Source: Epiperipatus broadwayi (taxonomy: Eukaryota; Animalia; Onychophora). From it: a stretch of DNA of 64,000 nt. Below are positions 11,983 through 25,626 of the stretch, one piece after another. Location: positions 124,001 to 188,000 of the forward strand of contig JAQFVV010000010.1 of NCBI GenBank assembly GCA_028023455.1, in the 5' to 3' direction. The first letter of the stretch is position 1, and each line of letters opens with the position of its first letter. A model generated the notes under the pieces. That model was not told the origin of the DNA, did not search any database, and saw nothing but the letters and a program-made list of their open reading frames with translations. The translations under genes were made by a program, and so were the position numbers.

Positions 11983-14900
11983 TGTGAAATGGTAAATCTG
12001 ATTCAGATTTACCGTTTCACAGTCTGACCCACCTAATTATTTATTTTACTAATGTTTACTTTTTTATTAATCTAATAAAAAACACATTTTAACTTTTTTT
12101 TAACTATCCTGAATAAATCGCTAAAATTTATTTTGGATAGTATTATTGTACTAATACACTAAATTATTCTAGTTTTATTACTAAAAAGAAAACAATTCAA
12201 GTAATACATTTTGAATTTTTTTATATATTTCATTTATATATGTGTTTAAAATATCTTATTTTTTTCAATTAAAGAATCCAAGATGGCCTTTCCTGAAAGA
12301 TTTGTACCTCGATAAGAAGCTTAAAATAAATGTTTAAATTAAAAACACTTAGAAATTACCAAAAATCCATTTTACTTTGGAATTTCTATTGATTAATTAG
12401 TAGAGATTCTACATCGTTATCTCAAAATAAAAACTAACAAAAAAATTATATTGAAATCTATTGATCCTTATCGAGGTACAAACTTTCTAAAATTAGAATA
12501 ACAGCATAATTTCTATTGTTTCTAAAAGAAGATCACTTGAGGAAGCAAGGAAATGGTATATGATTAAGAAGTTATAAATAGTGGTCCTTTTTAGAGAGAA
12601 AAGAGAACAGATAGAAAGAAAGTTGTAGAAGTCTCCATGCCATGATGAGTGAGTAGTAAAAAGGGTAGATCACCACCCGTTTCCCTCCTGAGATGTGAAA
12701 CCTGACATACTGCTGCTAGAACCATTCCCTCAAATGCCACAAGCCATCAATGTTCGCCCACAGAACTCATCACAGGGAGCACCAAAATAGTCATCCAGAT
12801 TTTACAAGGTTATTACTAGAATGTAAATATAATTTTTAAAGTGTTAAAATGTAAAAAGTTATTGTTTATTGAAAACCTTTTAACTGTCTCTTTGACCTTT
12901 TCTTTTAAATTATAATATTTCATTAACTCAAGCTCACCATAATTTTCAATTTTAATCTATGTCATTATTTAAATATGAATTTATTTATTTGTTTTTATGT
13001 TACTTTTAGCATGAAATTTGATGCGTTGATTTTTTTATTATTTCAACAAACTTCACTCGCAGGGGCTCAGAGGGTAATTTGCTAAGAGAGCAAGTTATGT
13101 CTATTTGGAGAAGGGAATATTAACAAAGAACGATTTAATTTTAAAATAAAATAATCTTGATCTATTTTTATTTTTGCAAGTGATGTTATGTCGAATATAT
13201 ATATATGTCAAAATAAATATCCCGTATTTCTTTAATCAGTTTTTATTATAAATTTCCCAGAATGGGATTCTATTATTTTATATTTCTGCAATTTAAAACA
13301 AAAAGTAATATGCTATAAATTTTGACCTAGTAACAGTGCCGCTGGATAGTGTCAGTTAATTATCATGCCCTTTTCTTTAGTTAGGAAAGAGGGAAGGGGG
13401 GATTTATTTGAGAAGTAAATTTCCTTATTTCTATATGTATGATTTTATAGGTTAAATATTTATATAAAGTAGTTGCTTACGCAGGTTGGTCTCTATACAG
13501 TATTAGATCATTTTAAGGCTATTGAATTATAATTCATTCATATTTAATGATTATAATATCTTGGATTAATAAAGAATGCTTGGAGTATCATGGATAGACC
13601 TAAAATGGTCATTGATTTGGTGGTGCAGAGTTAGCTTCCGTTTTTGCATATGTCTGTTGAATCGGACAGTGTGGCTGAGATAGTGGGTTAGCCTTCATGG
13701 TACCTGTAGAGGCAGGCATGTTGACTCTCCGTAAATCCTATCTCCTATCAGTATATGAACACAAAATGTGGACGTATTGATTTTCCTTTTTATTCTTCAT
13801 TGGAATATGCATGTGAGGGTCCGTAATCCGACTCATATGTCCTACTTACGTTTTCTTCTCTCCATTGCATTCAGATAGTTATTAACCTGACATTGTTTTG
13901 CTTTTCTTTTGCCTATCTAATACGTAAGCCATAGGGAAATGATTTTACTGAAAGGATCTTCGACCTGAGTAATCGACTCTTTTGTTCATTTTCGTAATTA
14001 GTTAAAATCATTTGATTTTAGCTAATTCACGTTATAGTTATTATATGTATGATTTTAGTTGTAAGTCCAACTAAAGTGGCTTGTTTGCTTGATAATTAAC
14101 TGATCTATTTTTTTTTGTTATAACAGCTGTAAAGTTAGTTATAAGCTATTCCAGCAAGGTCCTCTAATGTCATAAAGCATTAGTTATTTGAAATCTAAAG
14201 TATTATTTTTATAAAGAGAAATAAAACAATTCTTTTTTATTTGTTAGTGGAGTAAGACGTCAAATTAGTCTCATTATAATTGTTTATTTAATTAATGTCA
14301 TTTCCAATAGAAAATGTTTTGTTTAAATGTTATTGTAATTATTTCCATTGATACCCATTTTTTTTATAAAATGTTTTTTTTTAAAATCCTTTCTTTGCAA
14401 AAAGCAATAAAACATTTATTACTTATATACCACAGTCAGGCAAATGTTTAGACCTACTGCTGTATTATAAGCTTGTACTAAATGCACGTGGATAATATTA
14501 AAATCTGTGATCATTTAATTATAATATCGTTTTGTTATTTTAAAAGAAAAATGAATGTAGACTAAAGTAAAAGTGTATAAACTTAACACAATAAATTCTA
14601 CAAACCCAATAATGTCAATGTTAACTGCTAATATAAATAAATTCATCATGAACTGGTATAATTATAAAGTTAATTCAAAGATTGTATTTTTTGTTTTTAA
14701 AGAGCTTGAGTTAAATATGACTGTAAAATGTTTAATGATTTTTAAATATATATATATATATACTAAAACAAAACTTCCAGTGTTCCTCGAAACATTTTAT
14801 TTACTTTTTATTTTAAATAATTTTTGATTTTTAAATATATCAATCAATCACCCAAGTTCTCATTTAAATAGAATAAAAATTGTATCTCATGCTTTAAGAC

Positions 14901-15104
14901 CCAGCTGCCCGCACGGTGAAAGTAAAAGAATTCGATCGTATCGTCGAGAAAGGCTATTGATTAGATCTTTGACCTGGGAATATAGGTAAATAGGGAAGAA
15001 TCCATGGTGTACTTGATTGATATATCTTGTACATGGTCGGACTCGAGGTACTTGACCTGTGTTCAGAGGTTTGTTGGATCAATGTGTGTTTTACAACTGG
15101 TACA
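11983..15104 (+). repeat. 3' LTR (3122 bp)
   Basis: Direct repeat of 6711-9828; begins TGT, ends ACA, followed by atatatata. Confidence 0.85.
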
Positions 15105-15119
15105 ATATATATATATAAC

Positions 15120-15418
15120 AGATGGTTTTATTCGAATGTGCTGGATGCTTTGATAGTTTCATTTAAAAAATTATTTGTTGAATTCAGAATTGGATGTATG
15201 ATAAAAAAAATTATAGTAATAAAATATGTTTTGGAGGAAATGGTGAGTGCAATTAAGAAGAAAATATAGTAGAGATTGACATTGTTGGATGATATAAGAG
15301 ATGAAAAGAATTACATGGAATTGAAGAGCTGGGCAAGGAAGGGAGTGGAAATATGGATGAACTGATGATGTGACTTCTTTCTGGACTTGTCCATTTGACA
15401 GAATACTGTTGATGATTC
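15120..15418 (+). mobile_element. 3' remnant of an RTE-like LINE (different family from 33946-37140)
   Basis: Decayed VLEEMVSAIKKK..RLTLLDDIRDEKNYMELKSWA resembles the RTE ORF C-terminus; ends cagaatactgttgatgat. Confidence 0.45.
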
Positions 15419-15625
15419 TGTCAGTATCTCTTGTAGTCTTTTTATAGAATGAATATAGGATTTGTAGGCACTTTGCAAAGTGATAGTTGTAGTTGAATAT
15501 TTTTTTGAGTACTTTGAAATAGTTTATTTGCAGATTTTCAATGGCTATTGTTGTTTAGTAAGTGAATGTTAGTAAAAAATATTATTTAATAATACAATAT
15601 TTATTTGATATTCATGTAATGCACC

Positions 15626-16945
<1,320 letters not shown>

Positions 16946-17469
16946 ATAAAAAACATAAATAAGTACCAATTAAATAATAATAATAATCATAAACTAATAA
17001 TCAGCATTAAGCTAATGCACATGCGCTTTGTGGATTTTAACAATAAATGAATACTCTCATTTTTCCAAATACAAGATAAAGTCTTTGTGAAAGAATAGAA
17101 TGAATCCACTTATTCTTTCAATCCAAACGTTTAAGTATGGGGAAATCTTAAGTATCTGGAAATAAGAGCATAACGGTATTAAACAATAACTTTAAATTGC
17201 TTTTACTATGTCTGAATGAATGATGCCTGCGAAATTTACTAGAATCATAATAATAATTTTATTTGGTATAGGGTAATTTTATTTGGTATAGGGATATAAC
17301 ATTTAGAGACAACAAAGAGATTGAATATATTATTTGTAATATAAACAATTATTATGATCTGATAGTAGATTTATTTTATGATGTCCTGTTAAGTTGAAAA
17401 AGAACTTAAATCAGTACCATATATATATATGGTAACCTAAACAGGGAGATTTGAAGTGTGTGTGTGGGG

Positions 17470-17960
17470 GGGGGTGAACAATGATGATGAAAGAAAGAAT
17501 GAAGAAACGAACTGAAAGATGAATATGAGAAATGAAGATGATGAGGATGATGATGATAATGAAAAAGATGAATATGATGATGAGAATGGAAGATGAGATG
17601 AGAAATGAAGATGATTATGAAAAAAGAGGTGAGATGATGATACGAAAGAATGGGATGAGAAGATGAAAATATGGAAAAAGAGAGAACTGATGAGATGAAG
17701 GATGATGGTGATGACAATGAAAAGAGAGAAGACAAGAATGTAAGAAAAGGTAAGATGAGAATGCGAAAGAATGGAAGATGGGATGATAATGAAAACATGA
17801 TAATGATATGAAAGATGAATATGAGAAATGAAGAGGTGATGATGATGATGATAATGAAAAGAGATGAATATGATGATGAGAATGAAAGATGAGATGAGAG
17901 ATGAGAAATAGAAGATGAAAATGATGATGAGAATGGAAGATGAAATGAAAGATGAATATG
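17470..17960. repeat. Degenerate purine-rich (GAT/GAA/GAG) low-complexity tract
   Basis: Almost no C on the + strand; recurring gatgaatatga and gatgagaatgga motifs. Confidence 0.85.
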
Positions 17961-20900
17961 TTCTGTACATTTTCTAATATTTTTCTACTCTTAATGACTT
18001 AACTCAGTGGGGTTACAATAACATCAAAGATAAATGATGTTATAGAGATATACAATCAGATGATAAAAAAAAATCTAATACCAATGCAAATAACTATTGT
18101 GGCATGTTCAATAATTTAACATAAATAATATAAATGACATTTTAAATCATTATTTAATAGTTATTAGAGTCAGCCACCTATCAGATCATATACTCTGAAT
18201 AAACCAAATGACACTTTGTTGAAGGACTATTTCACTAAACCATATTAACAATGACAACAAGAGTAAACAATCTCAGGGATTTTAACTAAACTCTTGTGAA
18301 AGATAAAAGTGAATGTTGCCTAATAAATGATTGCATAGATGAATAAACAAATGAGTGATATCTTGGCCAACCATAGGATGCAAGCACTACACTTGTAATG
18401 ACTGCCTCCCCAAGATAAGATAACTATCTTTCATTAAATCATAGCATAAAAAAAATATATTAATTTAAAAGATTTGATTAATTAATCTAAATTTAAACTA
18501 ATTATGGTCTATTACCCAGGACATCACTCGAGCTGGGAAAAGGACAAGGGTGCTTTTTATGCCTTTCCACCTACTCACAGACAACCTTCTTATATAATTA
18601 AATGCAGATATATTTCAATTTTAAAAATATACAAGATAATTTGCAGTTTGAAACATAGTAAATAATCTTCTGGATCACTAATAGTCTTCATCTCATATAG
18701 TATAATCTTCAGTCTGAGAAGTTAATAATAATAATTTAAAATCGATCTTAAAATAACATTATGTTAAGTATCTGTGAATATGTGATTATCTGTTGATGTG
18801 ATTCAATCTGAAAATCACAATGATAAGCAGGGCTTTATATAATTTAACCCAGTATAAAATACTCTGTATACCTTGTGAACTTTTGAAACTCAAGACAATG
18901 GCATATAAAAGAAAAACAAACAGAAACTGAACTTTTTAAATAATAGCAAATTTGATTTATTAATAATATAACATAATAAATATTTACAAAATTAAGGGAA
19001 ACATTTCCAAGATAGCACTGTTATCTTTTAAATATTTTGACTAACAATATTTATTTAACTTAACACTAAATTACAAAATTTTAGTCAAATAAAATAACTG
19101 ATTATACCTCATTGACTCTTTCCCAACTGCTTATTTTAAAAAAAAATAATAAAAAAATTACAAGAGTGAACAGAGGCTAATTTAATATTTAAATATATTC
19201 AAATAAACTCCTTAAAATTTAATAAAATCTCTTTATTTTCATTATAATAGCATAGCTTAACAAACATAACTTTATTTTTTACTGATACATTTTATAACAC
19301 TGTGATAAGATTTAGCAACCAGAATAATAAACTAATCTGTTCATATTTAATACAATAAGCTAAAAAAAGCTGTGCTAGGACTAAAATATACAGCATAAAT
19401 TTTAAAATAATAATTAGTTACTTTTCCATTATTTAGGATTATAGCTAGTTATGTACTTAAGTAAATTTAAATTAAATTAGATGCATGGCCCATACACACT
19501 TTAGGAAATTCTTGTCCACATAAAATTATTACACCAATTGTTTTAAAATTGAATTGAAGGACTTACATTTCTCTTGGCAAAAACTCTGGATGAATATATT
19601 AATTACTTAGTATGTGTGAATTACCACTTATAACCATATGCATAATCTACATACTTAAAATATATATATAAATTATTGTTGGTTAGCTTGTGGATGATAA
19701 AACTATCATAACAGCACAATGCAGACATTGATATACCGTTAAGCATTAAAATAGCTAAACACAACCTGAAGAAACAGTTTCTCAAACAAACATATCTTGT
19801 CATAACATATCTAAAGCACATGCAATGTCACCTACTGTGGTGGAAAATAGCATTAATACATCATTAGTGATAGGACAAAAAACATATACTTCACAGAGCT
19901 GAACAACTTAATAAAACGGTGGTGGCTTCCAAAATATCTATCTTTGAGGTAGAAAAGAGGATGCCTAGACCTTGTCACAGTGCATCAGAAACAGGAAAAA
20001 CACACCACAAAATATATGATCCTCTCCAGGGATCTAAACATCTTCAAAATATGTGATTACAATCACTGAAAATACAAATACCTAATATATAATAATTATC
20101 ACTGGGAATGAACACTATCACCTCATGGAAAAGCAATAAAATAAGGATGGAGGACATTGTCTACTCCATTAAGCATACTAATAATAATCAATAAAGCCAA
20201 AGCTTTCTGGGGCCAACAAATACTAAACTAACAACAATATACCAACATCACTTTAACTGACTAAAGTCATTTTGAGGAATTTTAAATTACAATGCATATA
20301 AATCAATGTCAGAACCAACAATGCAAATTATGTCAAACGACTATTAAAAGAACTACTTAAAAATATTACACACATATATAATTATAGGCAAAAGTACGAT
20401 TCACACACAACAAAATATTAAATATTAAACTATAGTGGCTAGTGGACATTTAAAAGACTGTAAATCAAGTGGAGAAAATTAATTCTCAGTATGTATATAT
20501 ATATAAATCTTAACAATTATTATTAATGTAGCATTTATATAAAAAAATGAATGGAAACCCTCTAATAACCTCTTGGGATGTTTTACATATAACTGAGTGA
20601 CGTACCATATCTTCAAATTAGCTAACAGTGAGATATGAAAATCTCCATGGGATAAGAATGACTAAAATATGCATTAACTTATTAAATGCTTATCAAATGT
20701 CTACACATTCTAATAAATTCATTAAGACTAAAATTATATGAATTAAATTACCTGACATATTTTATACCAAACAGTATTACACACATTTATAAAGAAAATA
20801 TAGCATAAAATATTTTCCTGTTTTTTTAAAACCTCTGCACTGGCTATCCATTAAACATATGTATACAATTTATCTGGTGGGCCAGTATTCTGCATGAAGC

Positions 20901-21020
20901 TTCTGGTCAAAATATTTAACTTAAACATGGCAAAGATTTCTGAAAGAAATATATACAATAGTTCTTTAAAATTAATGCAGTTCTTCATTCCAAGGTATTA
21001 TAGTTTCAATAAGCAATATT

Positions 21021-21100
21021 TAATAATAATAATGATGATGATGATAATAATAATAAGAAGAAGGAGGAGGAGAAGAAGAAGAAAAAAAAAGAAGAAGAAG
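21021..21100. repeat. Compound microsatellite (AAT)(GAT)(AAG/GAG)
   Basis: Read directly. Confidence 0.9.
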
Positions 21101-22848
21101 CTGGTGACAAAAAAAATGGCAAGTAAAATAAATTATTCAGCTGATAATATCATTATGGGATCCCGGGTTTACTTAAACAATAATATAGTTTCTTTTTTTT
21201 TTTAAAAAAAGAACACATTTTTAAGCATTTTTTTTTAATTTACTCACATAAAATACTAAGACGGTTCCAAGTTATTTCTTTATACTTTTTTAAAATAAAG
21301 TGCAAGCAATTTTGTCAGTAGAGAATTCGGAAAGCATACATATTTTTTTATCATTTTATTACTTGGCGAACATGCATTTTTTTTTTTAATTCTTCCTTAA
21401 TAGTTGCAGTACAAACATTCTATATGATTAGTTTAGAAGCAGGTAAATTTAATCTAATGAAGAATATTTTGGTTAGTGTTAGGCAAAATTAATATAATGT
21501 GAAAGGTTTGTATTAGCACCAGGTGAAATTAATACAAACCTATTTAGTCTTTTAAAATACATAGCTAAGTCTCTACACATTTTTATCTTTCCTCTTTTAA
21601 GTTTTATTTTATTTAATAAATAACTGAATAAATGTAGACTATATAGTTCTGTGAAATAATAGTAATTTAGCAATAAATATAATAACTGCATATATTTTAA
21701 ATTTATTTCTTAGAAGATATTATTCACGTAGTTAGTATTGAAGATAGCATAAGTAAAATTTCCTCTTAGCATTTTTAAGAAAGTTTTAAAAGTTAATTGG
21801 AAGTTAAATGACAAGAAATGAGTTACCTATTTCTTTAGCAGTCATCCATGGAGATATGAAATACTTAAATATAATTTACAATACTTTTTTTTAAATAATA
21901 AGATTTTAAAAATAATTAATAGTTTTTTTTTTAAACTTGTTATTTCACTATAAACTTTATCAACACTCCTTTAACACTTTAAGCAAATAATTTTATTTAT
22001 TATAACAATTTCGACTGTACTAGCAGTCTTCTTCAGATCTACAACATAAAAAATATATCAATACAATCAAAATTCTTATTCTACATATTTTCATATAAAA
22101 TTATAATAAAACAAAATAATATAAAGCAAAAACAACTCAATCCAAAAACTTTTTAAACAAACATTTTTCAAATCTTTTAAAAAACCCAAAGCATAAAAAC
22201 TAAACTATAAAAAAATAATAATAAAAAAATAAGGTTGTTTTCTTATCCTTGGTGTTCACCTCGAGATGTCGCTATTTCTAGGTAAATTCTTAGAAATATA
22301 CCGTTTCACCAGCCTTCACCCAACAAAAGAGGAAATTTTCTACATTATAAATGCAGAAAAGAGACCTCACGTTATGTTGGATGGAGGTGGTGGTGGCGAC
22401 AGAAGCCAACACAAATGAGACTTCTTTCTATGATAAAACACAGAAAGAGTTCCCGACGGTTGCCGGTTATGGCTTTTTTTCTATGCTAAAAGCAAAGAGA
22501 AAGAAATGCCTTGATTGGCTGCCCTAGTAGTTGACTTTGTTCATCATTTTCTCGTAATAGTAGAATATCTATTTTCTCTGTAGTTTTGTGTGAGAGTGTG
22601 TGTATTTGAAGCAGTCGTAGTTTTTTAAAATTTGATAAGACATCTATTTTTTTTAATGTGTTGTAACTTACTTTACTGTTGTAAGTTTAGTAAAAATGTC
22701 CTGAAGATTCCATTACGAATGGGTAGCCCTCAAAAATTTCTTTTAAGGGTTCAAAAAGGAAAAAATTTAAAGGATCACGCGAAAAGTACCATTTTCGCGA
22801 GAATTTGTCCGTGACCAGTTACTTTTACTATATATATATATACGCACA

Positions 22849-23300
22849 AACAAAAACAACCCAGTGTCTAATTATTAGGAATTACTTGTCCAAAAAAGAA
22901 AATTAGTCGGGTATTATTATTATTTTTTGTTACATTTATTATTTCAAAATAAGATTAGTTTTTATATCTACACACTAACAAAAACAACCCAGTTCCTGCT
23001 TAATTACTGTCTTAAAAAAAAGGAAGCAAATTCAATGGGGGTTTTTTTTTAATGGAGTATTTGAATTACGGTATTTTTTCTTATATACATACAAGATTTA
23101 CCAAAAAAAAAAAAAAGAAACCCACTTTCTGATTAATTACTGTCAAAACAAACACAAATTAGTCGGCTATCATTTTTAAATTTAGAATTTCAATAATGGT
23201 ACCCTTTTTATATAGACAGAGTTAACAAAAACAACCCACTTTCTGATTCATTACTGTCCCCAAAAAAAAAGAAAATGAAAATTAGTCGGGTGTCATTTTT
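22849..23300. repeat. Internal tandem array, ~125 bp x ~4
   Basis: Recurring aacaaaaacaaccca...attactgtc...aattagtcgg at about 22849, 22978, 23100 and 23224. Confidence 0.7.
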
Positions 23301-23399
23301 TAATTGAGTCTTTCAATGATGGTCCTTACTAAAGGTAGTCAGGTATCAATTCTAAATTGTAGTATATAAATGACGTTACTTTTTATAGATTTAGAATTA

Positions 23400-23890
23400 C
23401 ATATTGCTTTTTAAATAAAAATAATTGATTTTTACTCTTGAACAAAAATACCGTAACTTTAAAAAAAGACACGTACAGTCCAAAAAAAATAAGAAAAAGC
23501 CCCGAAACTTTAAATACACACACACAAACTAAAAAACAATCTAAGATTAATAAACTTTGACTTATTACATCTTGCTTTTGAATCAAATGATTGATTTACT
23601 CTTGCAAAAAAAGGACCGTAACTTTAAAAAGACACATAAAGTCCCAAAAAAAATTAGAAAAAGCCCTGTAACTTTAAAGATACACACACAAATTCAAAAA
23701 CAAGATAAGATTAATAAACATTTACTTATTATGTCTTGCTTTTGAATAAAAGTATTGATTAACTTTTGCAAAAAAAAAAATGTAACTTTAAAAAGACACA
23801 TGTAAAGTCCAAAAAAAAAAGCTAGAAAACGCTGTAACTTTAAAAAGACACACAAACTCAAAAACAAGATAATATTAATAAACTTTTACA
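23400..23890. repeat. Internal tandem array, ~165 bp x 3
   Basis: Recurring gtaactttaaaaagacac...gtcc(a)n...gaaaa.gccc.gtaactttaa...attaataaac. Confidence 0.8.
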
Positions 23891-25344
23891 AAAATGAAAA
23901 AACTAACATCGTATAATAGTATTAGTTAGTAGAATATTTTATTACAAATCTAAAAAATCAGATCTTTTTAGATCAAATCGATCATTTAGGTCTGGCTCCG
24001 GAATCGTTATATGTATATGTTTTTGATTAGCATCAATGCCATCCTGTGGTGAACACCAAGGATGAGAAAACAACCAAAAATAACAATGAAAAATATAAAA
24101 TTTCTTTTAAATTATTTTTAAACCATTTTTTAAATTACAACCAAATAAATGTATTAAAACATTTCAAATTTTAACATCAAACCATTAAAAACAAAACCCA
24201 TTAAAATACCATTAAAACATTAATCTAAAAATTAATACCAAAAATTATCATTTTTAACTTAAGTAATTACATAAATAAGACCAAAACCCCAATAAATCAA
24301 AAAACCCAAAATCAAAAATTAAAATTAAAAAATTAAAAAATAAAATAAAAAAATAAAAAAAATAAAATTAAAAATCAAAACAAAATATCAAAAATCAACT
24401 ACTAATAAAAAAACTTCTCCTTTATATCAATTTCTTTCTTATCCCCCTCCCAAATTTCAGTGTCAATTTTTTTTAAACAACCAATAATCACAACTTTTTT
24501 TTAATTAGCCAGAAAAATGATCGATTAATAAATGACATCAGAATGAACTAGATATCTAGCATGTGATATAAGAACTTAATTTTAAAAGTTAATAAAGTTT
24601 CTTTTATAACATTAATATTAAAAAAATATTACAAAAAATATAAATACAAATATAAAATTAAAACTTGTCTCATTTATTGACTGACCCACCTTTAAGATTT
24701 AATCCCAAAATTTAAATTAATAATTGTTTTATCCATTCACTTGGTTTTTTTTAAATTAATATCATATCTAATTATTTATTCATTTTCTTTTTTTAATGAG
24801 TTGACATAACTCAAACAAACAGTTTAAACAATTAGAAAACATTTTTTATCCCCATGCATGCAAATATTCACACAGGGAAGTGACCTTTAACTTGACCTCC
24901 AATATTTAATTATAATTTTTAATGATTACAAATAAAAAATATTTGGGAATATTATATTAAAATAACTTTTAACAAGTTAATGCTAATTTAGACTAAAGAT
25001 TAAATTATTATCTGAATGTTTTGAGAAAACTAAAGATTAATTATTAAATCAATTTCATATTATTTACCCTATTTATAATATTAGCTCAGTTATTAGGCTA
25101 CAAACTAGAAATAAATAAAACAAAAAAATATCTTTTTAATTATCTATTATTTTAAATAGTAACTCAAACATTTATTTTGAGAGAAATGCTATCTTATATC
25201 TCCAACACAACTAACTACCAATATGTGACTTACTTTGCACGTATAATTATATCAACTTACTACATATAATTACATTACCAATTATTTTACATCCTATTCA
25301 TTAATTAACTAATTTATTTATTTATTTATTTTTAAATAAGACAA

Positions 25345-25626
25345 TTGTACAAAAATGGTTAAGCTAATACAAAGAATTGTAGCTATTGGAGCTAAGAGAG
25401 ACTTTTTTGTACAAAAAAGGTTAAGCTAATATAAGGAATGGTAGATATTGGAACTAAGTGAGACTTCACTTAAGTACAATAATATTAAAAGTATAAAGCT
25501 AAACTAGTCAATAAATAATCAAAATTACCCAAATCCAAAACTCAACCAGACTAGCCATTGGTAGTGCTTTAGATTTCATTTTCTTGGCTAGTCTGGTAAA
25601 GTTTTGGATTTGAGTTAACTTTGATT
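25345..25626. repeat. 62-bp tandem duplication followed by a 41-bp-arm hairpin (MITE-like)
   Basis: ttgtacaaaaa.ggttaagctaata at 25345 and 25407; arms 25517-25557 and 25585-25626 with a 27-nt loop. Confidence 0.7.

Larger units (their letters stand above)
6711..15104 (+). mobile_element. Non-autonomous Ty3/Gypsy-type LTR retroelement with ~3.1 kb LTRs
   Basis: Two direct copies (6711-9828, 11983-15104) with TG...CA ends, a purine tract gaagtggagaag directly before the second copy, a GPY-motif integrase tail inside, and (TA)n on both flanks. Confidence 0.85.
22233..24075. mobile_element. Non-autonomous DNA transposon with 28-bp TIRs and 8-bp TSD (Merlin-, hAT- or MULE-like)
   Basis: GGTTGTTTTCTTATCCTTGGTGTTCACC (22233-22260) pairs with 24048-24075 at one mismatch; AAAAATAA lies directly outside both ends; no transposase ORF. 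Confidence 0.7.

Noticed and set aside
17406-17970. 130-aa and 177-aa S/H/F/I-rich ORFs
   Set aside because: By-products of a low-complexity tract that lacks minus-strand stops.
23383-23745. ORFs within the 165-bp tandem array
   Set aside because: Translations of a non-coding repeat.
22849-23890. CRISPR-like repeat-spacer appearance
   Set aside because: The units are whole degenerate tandem repeats without unique spacers, in a eukaryotic context with no cas genes.
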